A stretch of DNA of 64,000 nucleotides from Candidatus Latescibacterota bacterium (GTDB lineage: Bacteria > Latescibacterota > UBA2968 > UBA8231), in contig OZ242214.1 in assembly GCA_965206595.1 (NCBI GenBank), positions 2,592,001 to 2,656,000 of the forward strand, read 5' to 3'. Shown piece by piece: positions 21,247 to 31,155 of the stretch; the stretch's first letter is position 1; every line of letters starts with the position of its first letter. A program made the position numbers and the translations under genes. Below the pieces are notes generated by a model. It saw only the letters and a program-made list of their open reading frames with translations, made no database searches and had not been told where the DNA came from.

Positions 21247-21694
21247 CGAGCGGGCGGCCCCCGGAGGCGCGCCGGACCGGGGCTGCGACGGGAAGAGCGG
21301 CCTTAAACCGGGCCGCCGGCTGGGCAGGCAGGTGCTGATCGACCTCTACGAGTGTCCGCGCGAGGTTCTCGACGACGAGAAGCTGATCGCCACGAGCATG
21401 ATTGCCGCCGCCCGGGAAGCGGGCGCCGCGGTCGTCGATTCGACCTTTCACCGCTTCTCTCCCTGCGGGGTATCCGGGGTTGTGGCGATTCGCGAGAGCC
21501 ACCTGGCGATTCACACCTGGCCGGAATACGGGTACGCGGCGATCGATCTGTTCACGTGCGGGGACGGGGTCGACCCGTGGATCGCCCACGACGCCCTGAA
21601 GCGGGCCCTGGGCGCCGGCCGCGGCGAGGCCATCGAACTGCCGCGGCCGGGGGCGAACGGAGGCTGGACGGGAGAAGAGGTGACGTCGAAGTAA
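21239..21694 (+). CDS. speD: S-adenosylmethionine decarboxylase proenzyme
   Basis: HRFSPCGVSGV..ESHLAIHTWPEYGYAAIDLFTCG. Confidence 0.92.
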   Translation: MSDERAAPGGAPDRGCDGKSGLKPGRRLGRQVLIDLYECPREVLDDEKLIATSMIAAAREAGAAVVDSTFHRFSPCGVSGVVAIRESHLAIHTWPEYGYAAIDLFTCGDGVDPWIAHDALKRALGAGRGEAIELPRPGANGGWTGEEVTSK

Positions 21695-21761
21695 AGATGG
21701 GACCGCCTGTGCCAGTGGCCCTGCCCCGGTCGCAACCGGGGAGCCGGCCGCGAAGGGGGAG

Positions 21762-22706
21762 CTACTGGCGGTCCTGGTGGAGCTCCTGCAGGTGCACCTG
21801 CAGGTGGTCGCGAAAAGCCTCGATGCGCTCCTGGACCACGGCTGACATCTCCTTCAGCTCCTGCCGCCGGGCGTGCAGCTTGTGCAGCTCGAACACGAAG
21901 TCCCACGGCGCGACCACGGCGACCACGCCCTTCCGGGAATCGGTCCGGGACGGCTGTCCCCCATCCCCGGCGAAGTTCACGGCAGCGCTCCCCTGGCCAG
22001 GTGATTCCGGCGAAGCACCGGCAGACGCCTCCTCAATGACTCCCTCATGTAGACTGAACTGGCGCGCCAGCGACCACACCTTGCGGCCCTTGTCTTCGAG
22101 CCACCGGATTCGCTTCTCGAGCTGGCGGGCCTCCTCCCCCAGCAGGCTGGCGCGGTCCTCCAGCAGGGCGAGCTTCTGCCGGATCTCGTCCGGTCCGTCG
22201 CTGGCGGCGACGGTCATGTCGACGGGATAGCGACCCAGCTCCGGCTCGATGACGTCGTAGCCCAGCTTCTGGCGCTCCTCCCACAGGATCATCATCTGCA
22301 TCAGAAGCCCCCGGTCCAGGACTTTCGACAGCGCTCCGAGGAGGCGGCTGATCTCCCAGTCGCAGGCGAGGCGCAGGCGCTCGCGAAGGGAATCCTCGGC
22401 CGCGCTCAGCTGTTCGATGCGCTGGTCGGCGTCGACGAGCCCGCGCTCGATTGCCATTGCCTGGAGAAACGCCATACGCATCTCCCCCGATTCGGGGGCT
22501 ACCCGCTTCAGGCTGTCGATGACGGCCGAGAGGTTGCCGGCGGTGCGGGCGAGTTGGTGCCGCGACTTGTGCATCGACTCCTGGATCACCCCGAGGTTCT
22601 CCCGCTCCAGCCTCAGGGCTTTGAGATCCCAGGCCTCGGTCTCCTCGCCGAGAGCCGGCGCACCCAGGAACGCCACCGCGACCCCGAGCAGTTTACGCCA
22701 TGCCAT
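21762..22706 (-). CDS. Exported coiled-coil hypothetical protein
   Basis: Signal-like MAWRKLLGVAVAFLGAPALG; overlaps the stop of the response regulator. Confidence 0.6.
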   Translation of the reverse strand: MAWRKLLGVAVAFLGAPALGEETEAWDLKALRLERENLGVIQESMHKSRHQLARTAGNLSAVIDSLKRVAPESGEMRMAFLQAMAIERGLVDADQRIEQLSAAEDSLRERLRLACDWEISRLLGALSKVLDRGLLMQMMILWEERQKLGYDVIEPELGRYPVDMTVAASDGPDEIRQKLALLEDRASLLGEEARQLEKRIRWLEDKGRKVWSLARQFSLHEGVIEEASAGASPESPGQGSAAVNFAGDGGQPSRTDSRKGVVAVVAPWDFVFELHKLHARRQELKEMSAVVQERIEAFRDHLQVHLQELHQDRQ

Positions 22707-24075
22707 ACTTTTCCAGCTTGTAATAGAGAGCACTCGTTTTCACCCCCAGCAGCTCCGCCGCCTGGGTCTTGACGCCGTTCGCTTCCTCCATCGCCCGGCA
22801 GATCAGGTCTCTCTCGAGCGATTCCAGCTGATCGTTGAGGGCGAGCTTGCTCGCCGGGATCGGATCCGAATCCCCGTCCAGCTCGCCAGCCCCCTCGGCC
22901 AGCGGCAGATCGCCGGGCCCGATCTCCTCGCCGTCGACGAGGACCACGGTGCGCTCGATGACGTTCTCCAGCTCGCGCACGTTGCCGGGCCACGGATAGC
23001 GGCAGAGGAACTCGACGGCAGCCCCTGACAGACGCCTGAGGGACAGGTTCATTTCCCGGCATTTTTTGCGCAGGAAGTGATCGACCAGCAGGGGGATGTC
23101 GTCGCGGCGCTCCCTGAGCGGGGCCAGGTGCAGGGGAATCACCTCGAGCCGGTAAAACAAGTCGTCGCGGAAGCTGCCGTCCGCAACCTTCTCCTTGAGG
23201 GCCCGGTTGGTCGCGGCGACGACGCGCACGTCGGCGCTCAGGGTGCGCTCCCCCCCGACGCGGTCGAACTCCTTCTCCTGCAGGACACGCAGCAGGTTCA
23301 CCTGTGTTTCGAGGGGAATGTCACCGATCTCGTCGAGGAAAATGGTGCCGCCGGAGGCGAGCTCGAACTTCCCCTTCTTCATCCTTATGGCGCCCGAGAA
23401 CGCCCCCTTCTCGTGTCCGAACAGCTCGCTCTCGACCAGGCCCCCCGGCAGGGCGCCGCAGTTGACCTTGACGAAGGGGCCGGAGCTGCGGGCGCTGCGG
23501 TTGTGGATCGCCCGCGCCACCAACTCCTTCCCGGTCCCGCTCTCCCCGTAAATCAACACGGAGGAGTCGGTGGCGGCCACCCTTTCCACCCTCGCAAGGA
23601 CCTGGGCGATATGCCGAGACCGCCCGACGATTTCGCCGTAGCGATCCTCGATCTCCTCGCGCAGGTACTCGTTCTCTTCGTCCAGGCGATCCCGCTCCCA
23701 TCGAGCCCGTCGATGCTCGAGGACCTTGGAGACCTTGATCGGCAGCACCTCGTATGTGCGGTCTCCCTTTACCACGAAGTCGGAGGCCCCTTTTTGCATG
23801 GCATTTACTGCCACCTCGATATCGCCGAAAGCGGTGATGATCACGACGTCGGTGTCGCCGAAGTCCCTCCTGATCGCCTCGAGGAGCTGCAGCCCGTCCA
23901 TTTCCGCCATCTTGTAGTCGGTAATCACCAGGTCGACGCCCCCATGGCGCGCCAGTATGGACAGGGCCTCGACCCCGCTGGCGGCCGTGAACGCCTCGTA
24001 CCCCATGCGCTTCATCACGAGGGCAATGCCCGAACGCATGGTTTCGTTGTCGTCGACGATCAGTATCCGGCTCAT
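22693..24075 (-). CDS. Sigma54-dependent response regulator (NtrC/AtoC family)
   Basis: Receiver domain, GESGTGKE, ESELFGHEKGAFSGA, WPGNVREL, Fis-type HTH. Confidence 0.95.
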   Translation of the reverse strand: MSRILIVDDNETMRSGIALVMKRMGYEAFTAASGVEALSILARHGGVDLVITDYKMAEMDGLQLLEAIRRDFGDTDVVIITAFGDIEVAVNAMQKGASDFVVKGDRTYEVLPIKVSKVLEHRRARWERDRLDEENEYLREEIEDRYGEIVGRSRHIAQVLARVERVAATDSSVLIYGESGTGKELVARAIHNRSARSSGPFVKVNCGALPGGLVESELFGHEKGAFSGAIRMKKGKFELASGGTIFLDEIGDIPLETQVNLLRVLQEKEFDRVGGERTLSADVRVVAATNRALKEKVADGSFRDDLFYRLEVIPLHLAPLRERRDDIPLLVDHFLRKKCREMNLSLRRLSGAAVEFLCRYPWPGNVRELENVIERTVVLVDGEEIGPGDLPLAEGAGELDGDSDPIPASKLALNDQLESLERDLICRAMEEANGVKTQAAELLGVKTSALYYKLEKYGMA

Positions 24076-25613
24076 GCCTGCACCCGTTGGCTCGCCGCGG
24101 CGCTCCTCGCAGCGGGCAGGTGGAGGGTGACCGTGGTGCCCTTGCGGGGCTCGCTGGCGATGTCGATGCGGCCGCGGTTCTTCTCGACCGCCTGGTGGAC
24201 GATCGCCAATCCCAGGCCGGACCCCTTCTCCCTGGTCGTGAAGAAAGGCTCGAACAGGCGCGCCTGAACGTGGCGGGGGATACCCGGACCGGTGTCCTCG
24301 ATTTCGACGGCGACCCCCGCCCCGCTCGGTTCGGCGCGCACCGACAACCGCCCTCCCGTTCCCGCCATGGCTTGCAGGCCGTTCTTCATCAGGTTGACGA
24401 GGGCCCTCTTGATCTGCTCGGGATCGGCGAAGATGACGAGATCCGGGGAGACTTGCTGATGATACTCGACAGCGGCGCCTTCCATCTCCGGCGACAGCAG
24501 GAAGGCGGCGTCTTCCACAAGCCGGGCAACGGAGATGCCCTCCGGTTCGGGCGGAGCCTGGCGCGCGAAGGCGAGGAACTCGGCGATCACCCTGTCGAGG
24601 TTCCTGACTTCGGCGATCACCTTGCGGATGTGCTCCTTGCGGGAGTCCCCCTCCGGCAGGTCGTCGGCAATCAGGCCGGCGTAGATCTCGATGCCGCCAA
24701 GCGGGTTGCGGATTTCGTGAGCGACCCCACTGAGCATCTGGCGCAGCTGTGCGTCCCTGGCCAGCAGCTTGAGGCGCATCTCCTCCATCGTCACCTCGAG
24801 GTAGCTGATTTCGTCGCGCCCCGAGGTGTCTACGGCACTCTCCAGGTTGCCGCGCCCGATCTCGCGCGCCGCAGTGACCAGCCGCTGGATCGGCCGCGTC
24901 AGGGTCCGGGCCAGGGCCAGCGCCACCACCAGGGTCAGCAGCGCGCTCAGGCCGGCGAACAGGTAGACAGACTGCTTGAAGCGCTGGATCGCCTTGCTGT
25001 AGCCCGATCCGATGTCGACGGCGACTCCGGCCACCACCTTGCCGCTGTCGTTGAACACCGGGGCGTACCCGGTCATGTAGTCGAGCCCTGCTTCATCTGT
25101 GAAAAGAATGGTGTGAGTCGCCTCCCCTTCCCAGAGTCTCTCCATCTCCATGCGGTCGCGGTACTTCAGCCGGGGGTACTCCCGGCCTATGGCGATGCCC
25201 GGCTCGGTGTCGAGCAGGCTGTGGCCGTCGCGGTCGAAAACGTAGATCCTGCGCGCCCCGACCATCTCCTGGGCGCGGCGCAGCCGGTTCGTCGAGTTGC
25301 GGTAGAAACGATAGGTCTCGTACCCAGGGCGCAGCACGACGATGATGTCGCCGCTGATCCCCGAGGCGATCAGCCCGACCTCGGACATGAGGTGGTTCCC
25401 CATCTGCCGCTCGAGGCTGTCGAGGGTTCGCTCGTACAGGACCCAGCCGCTGCCGACGACGACGAGCGCAACCAGGAGCACGAAGCTGATGACGAGACGC
25501 CGTTCGATGCGCCCGCGGCGGACGCCCCTTCTGCTTCTCCCGGCCGCAGACAGGGCTTCCCCGAGGCGATCATCCGCCCGGAGTCTGGAGGCTGGAAGAG
25601 CGGGAGAGGTCAT
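24072..25613 (-). CDS. HAMP-domain sensor histidine kinase
   Basis: Two TM helices, HAMP, AHEIRNPL, DTGPG, FFTT..GSGLGL. Confidence 0.93.
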   Translation of the reverse strand: MTSPALPASRLRADDRLGEALSAAGRSRRGVRRGRIERRLVISFVLLVALVVVGSGWVLYERTLDSLERQMGNHLMSEVGLIASGISGDIIVVLRPGYETYRFYRNSTNRLRRAQEMVGARRIYVFDRDGHSLLDTEPGIAIGREYPRLKYRDRMEMERLWEGEATHTILFTDEAGLDYMTGYAPVFNDSGKVVAGVAVDIGSGYSKAIQRFKQSVYLFAGLSALLTLVVALALARTLTRPIQRLVTAAREIGRGNLESAVDTSGRDEISYLEVTMEEMRLKLLARDAQLRQMLSGVAHEIRNPLGGIEIYAGLIADDLPEGDSRKEHIRKVIAEVRNLDRVIAEFLAFARQAPPEPEGISVARLVEDAAFLLSPEMEGAAVEYHQQVSPDLVIFADPEQIKRALVNLMKNGLQAMAGTGGRLSVRAEPSGAGVAVEIEDTGPGIPRHVQARLFEPFFTTREKGSGLGLAIVHQAVEKNRGRIDIASEPRKGTTVTLHLPAARSAAASQRVQA

Positions 25614-25616
25614 TCG

Positions 25617-26555
25617 TCAGACGGCGCCGGACGCCGGCTCCCCTCCGCCGCACGCTTCCTGCTCCCAGGCCTCCCAGTAGCTGCGCATCCGGCGGCAGAA
25701 GGCCCCCGGTTTCTCGGCGTAGATCCTGCGGGCGAGCCGCATCGACCCGATTTGCAGGCATTGCCGGCGCTCGGCGATGGCCCGGTCGAGCTCGGCCAGG
25801 GTGCGCGGGTCTTCCGTGTCGGCAAACCGCTCCCTGAGAGCAGCTGACAGGACGGAGAGGTCGTGATCGTTTCCCAGCATGTCGCCGAGGGCGTCGGCCT
25901 GGGCAATGGCGGTACTCATCTGCTCCGGCCAGATCGATCCCAGGATCTGTTGGTGGTACCAGAGGTACTTGACCCGCTTGCGCCAGTCGTGGAGACCCTC
26001 GTCGGTGGGCAGGCTGGCCGCGGCGCCGAACTCGGCGCCGCCCTGCTCGTAGATGCGCCGGAGGCCGGCTTCCAGCCCCCTCCAGCCGTCGCGGAGAGGC
26101 CATTCCGCGGCGCGGCCGTCCGCTTGCTCGAGCTCCTCGACCGCGGCCTCGACCGCAAAAGGGGTCACGCCCCCGGATCGATGGGCGAGCTCGCGGCCCT
26201 CGATCAGGCGGGAGCGAACGGCGCCGAAGCGGTCGGGAGGAAGCCGCTTCCCCAGCCAGGCCGTGAGGGCGTCGAACGTCTCCACCAGAGCCGCGGCATC
26301 CCGCAGCGCCGAAAGCTTCGCCGCGACCCCGCGGTAGCAGGCGTTCTCGCGACGGTACGTCTCCTTCCCCAGCTCGGTCCGCACCAGGCGGACCAGGGCG
26401 CGCAGACGTTTCATGCACTTGCGGGCATCGTGAATCTGCTCGTCGCGCGAACCAGTACGGCTCCGCAGGTGGGCGACCGCGGCCTGAAGCTGCTCGCGAG
26501 CGATTCTGCGCACCCCGGCAGGAACTTCCTCGCCGCGGATCAGTCGGTAGGCCAT
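25617..26555 (-). CDS. CHAD-domain protein
   Basis: Start MAYRL; IHDARKCMKRLRA, LHDWRKRVKYLWY, LGNDHDL. Confidence 0.88.
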   Translation of the reverse strand: MAYRLIRGEEVPAGVRRIAREQLQAAVAHLRSRTGSRDEQIHDARKCMKRLRALVRLVRTELGKETYRRENACYRGVAAKLSALRDAAALVETFDALTAWLGKRLPPDRFGAVRSRLIEGRELAHRSGGVTPFAVEAAVEELEQADGRAAEWPLRDGWRGLEAGLRRIYEQGGAEFGAAASLPTDEGLHDWRKRVKYLWYHQQILGSIWPEQMSTAIAQADALGDMLGNDHDLSVLSAALRERFADTEDPRTLAELDRAIAERRQCLQIGSMRLARRIYAEKPGAFCRRMRSYWEAWEQEACGGGEPASGAV

Positions 26556-26748
26556 CTCGATTTGGGCATTGAAACCATGCTGTCCGGATTTTGGGAAGTT
26601 ACTCACCGCGAACCTGAATGTCCACCCTAAGGTATAGTACTTACTGATACTTCCATTCATCGCCCCCGGTTCCCGGAGAACCGTGGCGGCCGCACCACCC
26701 GACCCCTTGCCTGCTTAGCGTAACTCCCTCTATTTCCATATACTTGAG

Positions 26749-26894
26749 ACAGGTTTGCCGGTGGGGCTGCCCGCTTCGGAGGTTCCCTGCCGCGGCGTTG
26801 CCCCGCCCGCGGTCCCCACGGTTTCAACTTTCGATCCGAAGCCGTCAGGCATGTCGGATTGGAGTCCCCCCGTGGATACCGGACCCTTACCTGT
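26749..26894 (+). ncRNA. Candidate structured RNA or leader upstream of wecB
   Basis: -10 TATACT at 26739; closing stems ACAGGT/ACCTGT and CCGGT/ACCGG; several internal hairpins. Confidence 0.4.
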
Positions 26895-26959
26895 TCAGCC
26901 GCGCGGGAATCAGCAGCCGGTGAGCCGTGATCTTCCCCGGATGGAGCCTGCCCTTTCAG

Positions 26960-28024
26960 ATGAACATCGCCACCGTCATCGGCGCCCGGCCGCAGTTCGT
27001 GAAGGCCGCCGCGGTTTCCCGCCTTCTCGCCGCCCGGGCCGGCCACCGCGAGCTGCTCATCCACACCGGCCAGCATTACGACAGGGAGATGTCGGCGATC
27101 TTCTTCTCCGAACTCGGAATTCCCGAGCCGGCCTGCAACCTCGGCATCGGCTCCGGCCTCCACGGGGATCAGACCGGCCGCATGATGATCGCCCTCGAGC
27201 CGGTGTTGCTTGAGGAACAGCCCGACCTGCTGCTGGTCTACGGCGACACGAACTCGACCCTGGCCGGCGCCTTGACCGCGGCCAAGCTGCACATCCCCGT
27301 CGCCCACGTCGAGGCGGGTCTGAGAAGCTTCAACCGACGCATGCCGGAGGAGATCAACCGCGAGTTGACCGACCGGCTTTCCCGCTGGCTTTTCTGCCCG
27401 ACTCCGGCGGCCGTGAGCAATCTCGCCAACGAGGGAATTCGCCAGGGCGTCTTCCATACCGGGGACGTGATGTTCGACGTCCACCTGCTGTTCGCCGACC
27501 TGGCGGAGACGCGCTCCACCGTGCTCGCCGATCAGGGCCTGCACCCGGAGGAGTATTTCCTGGCGACCCTTCACCGGGCGGAAAACACCGACTTCCCCGA
27601 ACGCCTGCGGGGGATCTTCGCCGCCCTGGGGGATCTCGGCCGTCCCGTGTTTCTGCCCCTGCACCCGCGTACGCGCAAGGCGGTCGAGGAGCTGGGGCTG
27701 GAGGTCGCTCCCTCGATCCGCCTGGCGAACCCGGTCTCCTACCTCGACATGGTGCTGCTGCAGAAAAAGGCCCGGGCGGTTCTCACCGACTCCGGGGGCA
27801 TGCAGAAGGAGGCCTGGTTCTGCCGCACCCCCTGCGTGACCCTGCGCGACGAAACCGAGTGGACGGAGACGGTCCAAGCCGGGTGGAACCGCCTGGCGGG
27901 CGCCGACAGGGAGGCGATTCTCGACGCGGTCGACGGCTTCGAGCGCCAGGCCCCGAGGGGGACCATCGACGCCTACGGCGACGGCACCTCGGCGGGAACC
28001 ATTATCGACATTCTGACATCCTGA
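26960..28024 (+). CDS. wecB: UDP-N-acetylglucosamine 2-epimerase (non-hydrolysing)
   Basis: GARPQFVK, HTGQHYD, GDTNSTL, HVEAGLRS, TDSGGMQKEA. Confidence 0.95.
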   Translation: MNIATVIGARPQFVKAAAVSRLLAARAGHRELLIHTGQHYDREMSAIFFSELGIPEPACNLGIGSGLHGDQTGRMMIALEPVLLEEQPDLLLVYGDTNSTLAGALTAAKLHIPVAHVEAGLRSFNRRMPEEINRELTDRLSRWLFCPTPAAVSNLANEGIRQGVFHTGDVMFDVHLLFADLAETRSTVLADQGLHPEEYFLATLHRAENTDFPERLRGIFAALGDLGRPVFLPLHPRTRKAVEELGLEVAPSIRLANPVSYLDMVLLQKKARAVLTDSGGMQKEAWFCRTPCVTLRDETEWTETVQAGWNRLAGADREAILDAVDGFERQAPRGTIDAYGDGTSAGTIIDILTS

Positions 28025-28185
28025 GTGTCCCCCAGTGTCCTGTCCCGGAAACGGATTGCCGCGGTTCGGCCCCCGAGGCCGGTTCCCGTGGGCATGGGCG
28101 AGGAGTACCGGGGGTGTACGGGGAACGAAGGCAACGCGGCGATCCGGATGAATCGGCGGAAGAATTGACTGGACAGGAGCAGTAG

Positions 28186-29874
28186 ATGCTCGAGCTGATC
28201 ACAGCCCCTCCCGCGGCCGGCAACCGCAATTTCGAGGAGGCGGCCTCCCTGTTCCGCCGCAACTTCCCCGTCCATTCCGGCATTGCCGTTGCAGCAGGGT
28301 CAGGCCAGGCCCCTGTCGCGCTGGTGTACGGCGACTGCTCCCTCGATTCCCTGCGGCCACTCGCCGAGAGCTACTGCGGCCTGGTCGCCATTCCCGCCCT
28401 GCCCCCGGCCGATCCGGCCGCCTGCGGAAATTCCGACGTCTATCCGCTGGACGGGGCCGCGGTGCCGCTGTTTGCCCCTTTCGATGCGCGGGCGGTCCCG
28501 GGGTTCCTGCCGTTCGCGGCGACCGAACAGGGAGCGTTGGCCTGGGAGGGCAGGCTCGGAACAGCGGAGGTGGTTCTCTTCGCCGCCGACCTGGTCTCGG
28601 AATCGCACCTCCTGCTCAGCGGCGCTTTCGAAGCGAGGACCGGGACCGACGAACACGGGCGACACAACCCGCCGCCCCCCGCGGCCTACCGCACCCCGAC
28701 GGTCTCCTGTCACTACAACCTGGTCGCCAAGGCAGTGCGCCGCGTCTTCGACAGGGCGGGGCTTCCCCTGCTTTCCATCCCGCGCTGGCCGGCCTCCGCG
28801 CCGATGGCGCTGTTCCTCAGCCACGACGTCGACGCCGTCAAAAAGTGGACAGGAAAGCGGGTACTGTACGAGCTCGCCCTTGCGGCGTTGCGACGGAAGA
28901 GCCCGGGCCCGACGCTTCGCTCCATCGCCGCCGGCCTGCGAGGCCGGGATCCCTACTGGCGCTTCGACGAGTTGCTGCAGCTCGAAGCGGAATCCGGGTT
29001 CCCTTCGACCTGGTTCTTCGCCCCGTTCGGCGGCGACTACGACCGCCGCACCCGGCCGATAGACCCGGTGTACCGGCGCCCGGCAACCCAACTTGCCTCA
29101 GCCTTCGGCAGGATCGGCGACCGGGGCTGCGAGATCGGCCTGCACGGAGTCCGGGACGCCTTCCTCGAGGCCGCGGAGCTGCGCCGGCAGCGCGAGCAAC
29201 TCGAGCAGCAGGCGGGCAGCAGGCTCGACGGCCTCCGCTTTCACTACCTGATGTTCCGCCACGGAAACACCTGGGCCGCCGCTGCGGAAGCAGGCCTGCG
29301 CTACGATGCCAGCCGGGGTTTTTCCGACCGGGCAGGGTTTCGCGACGGCATGGCCGCTCCCTGGTTCCCGTTCGCGGAAGGGAGCGACCTGGTCGAGCTT
29401 CCGCTGCACTGCATGGACGGCCTGTTCCTGCACGCTTCGGACCCGGAAACCGCGGCCGCGGAGGTCCTCGAGGCCTACCGCCTCGCCAGGGGGGCAGGAG
29501 GCATGTTCAGCTTCCTCCTCCACCCCGGCTGCCTCGACCCGCTCGAGATCCCAGGGCTCGAGGCCTTCTACCGGAAGCTTCTCTCCCGGGCTCGAGAGGA
29601 CAGCTGCCGCGCCATGACCGGACGGCAGCTGTGCGACTGGTGGCTGGCCAGGGAGCGGGTCCTGAAAAGCCTGGAGTTCAATCCCGGCCGCTGGAGGATC
29701 GCCGGGGTTCCGGTCCCTGAGGAGATGGAGTTCGCCTTTTCCGTTCCTCTCCGCTCCGGGGAGGTGTCGCTGGAAAGCGGCGAGGCCGTGGAACAACGGC
29801 GCCGGAACGGTACCCTGATGGTACGTCCGGGGCCGGTCGATCCCGAGCGCGGAATCACCTTCCTCCTGGGCTGA
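28186..29874 (+). CDS. Polysaccharide deacetylase-family protein
   Basis: LSHDVD, EIGLHG, RFHYL, YDASRGF..GFRDG. Confidence 0.75.
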   Translation: MLELITAPPAAGNRNFEEAASLFRRNFPVHSGIAVAAGSGQAPVALVYGDCSLDSLRPLAESYCGLVAIPALPPADPAACGNSDVYPLDGAAVPLFAPFDARAVPGFLPFAATEQGALAWEGRLGTAEVVLFAADLVSESHLLLSGAFEARTGTDEHGRHNPPPPAAYRTPTVSCHYNLVAKAVRRVFDRAGLPLLSIPRWPASAPMALFLSHDVDAVKKWTGKRVLYELALAALRRKSPGPTLRSIAAGLRGRDPYWRFDELLQLEAESGFPSTWFFAPFGGDYDRRTRPIDPVYRRPATQLASAFGRIGDRGCEIGLHGVRDAFLEAAELRRQREQLEQQAGSRLDGLRFHYLMFRHGNTWAAAAEAGLRYDASRGFSDRAGFRDGMAAPWFPFAEGSDLVELPLHCMDGLFLHASDPETAAAEVLEAYRLARGAGGMFSFLLHPGCLDPLEIPGLEAFYRKLLSRAREDSCRAMTGRQLCDWWLARERVLKSLEFNPGRWRIAGVPVPEEMEFAFSVPLRSGEVSLESGEAVEQRRRNGTLMVRPGPVDPERGITFLLG

Positions 29875-31136
29875 TGGCTGCGGAGAAACCGATGAGCTCG
29901 CCCGCGCAGGTGCTGGTGCTGGTCGTCAACGAGGCCCTCGAGGACGCGCGCGTCTTCAAGACCTGCACCTCCCTTCTCGATGCCGGGGCGCAGGTCACCG
30001 TGGGCTGCACCAATCCGGGAGGCCGTCCAGAAAAGGAACTGCACGAGCGCATGCGGATCGTGCGCTTCCCCCACCCCCCCGACTTCATCCTCAAGCGCTG
30101 GTACTCCCTGCTTCAGGGGCGCATGGGGCGCCGGATCGGAAACGCGGCAACCAGCCTGCACGAGGAGGCCCCTCCCTCCGGGTTCCGGTCCCTCCTCCGC
30201 ACCTCGGTGCTTTCGGCGAACTTCCGCCACCTGCTGCGCACCACCGCCGCGATCAACCAGCGGATGATCCGGGCATTCTCCGGCGAGCGCTTCGATCTCG
30301 TCCACTGCAACGACCTTCTCACCCTGGAGGCCGGCTGCGCGCTCAAGGATTCCGGGGCGGCCCGCGAGCTGCTATACGACGCCCACGAATTCTGGCCGGG
30401 AATGGCCTCCGAGGGCAGCCTGGCGAATCGCACCTGGGGCGAGAGGGAAGGGGAAACGATCGGCCGCGCCGATCACGTGGTCACCGTCAACCCGTTCATC
30501 GCGGAGCTGCTGGAGAAAACCTACCGGCTGCCGCACACCCCCGCGGTGGTCATGAACTGCCCCCCTCTCGCCGCGGAGGAGGCAGGCCGTACTGCCGGCG
30601 ACCCGGTGCGCGTGCTCTACCAGGGCAGGCTCCAGGCCTACCGCGGTCTGGAGGAGCTGGTTCTCGCCTTTGCCGGAGTCGAGGGCGGCACCCTGACGAT
30701 TTCCGGGGACGGCCCGCTGCAGGGGGGGCTGGAGGCGCTGGTCGAATCCGCGGGGCTCGGGGAAAAGGTCCGGTTCAGCGGCCGCTTCGCACGCGACGAG
30801 GGCATGCAGGTGGTCGGGCAATGCGACATCGGCGTCATCCCCTACAAACCGGTGAACCTCAACAATACCTACGCATCCCCCAACAAGCTGTTCGAGTACA
30901 TGATGGGCGGCCTCGCCCTCGCCACCAGCGACCTCCCGTTCCTTTCCAGCGTCGTCAAGGCGGAAAATGCCGGGATCGTCTTCGAGAGCCTCGAGCCGAC
31001 CGAAATCACCAGGGACCTCAACAGGTTGATCGACGACCCGCGGAGTCTGCAACGGTTCCGCGCCGCCGCCCGCGCCGCCGCCCGGAAGCGCTACCACTGG
31101 GACAGGCAGTTTGCGCACTATCCCTGGAAACCTTAG
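29874..31136 (+). CDS. Glycosyltransferase family 4
   Basis: DARVFK, HCNDL, YDAHE, SPNKLFEYM. Confidence 0.9.
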   Translation: MAAEKPMSSPAQVLVLVVNEALEDARVFKTCTSLLDAGAQVTVGCTNPGGRPEKELHERMRIVRFPHPPDFILKRWYSLLQGRMGRRIGNAATSLHEEAPPSGFRSLLRTSVLSANFRHLLRTTAAINQRMIRAFSGERFDLVHCNDLLTLEAGCALKDSGAARELLYDAHEFWPGMASEGSLANRTWGEREGETIGRADHVVTVNPFIAELLEKTYRLPHTPAVVMNCPPLAAEEAGRTAGDPVRVLYQGRLQAYRGLEELVLAFAGVEGGTLTISGDGPLQGGLEALVESAGLGEKVRFSGRFARDEGMQVVGQCDIGVIPYKPVNLNNTYASPNKLFEYMMGGLALATSDLPFLSSVVKAENAGIVFESLEPTEITRDLNRLIDDPRSLQRFRAAARAAARKRYHWDRQFAHYPWKP

Positions 31137-31155
31137 CAGCCCGTTGATATAGTCC

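Noticed and set aside
26920-26940. GTGATCTTCC resembling the selC 3' end
   Set aside because: No T-loop, cloverleaf or CCA
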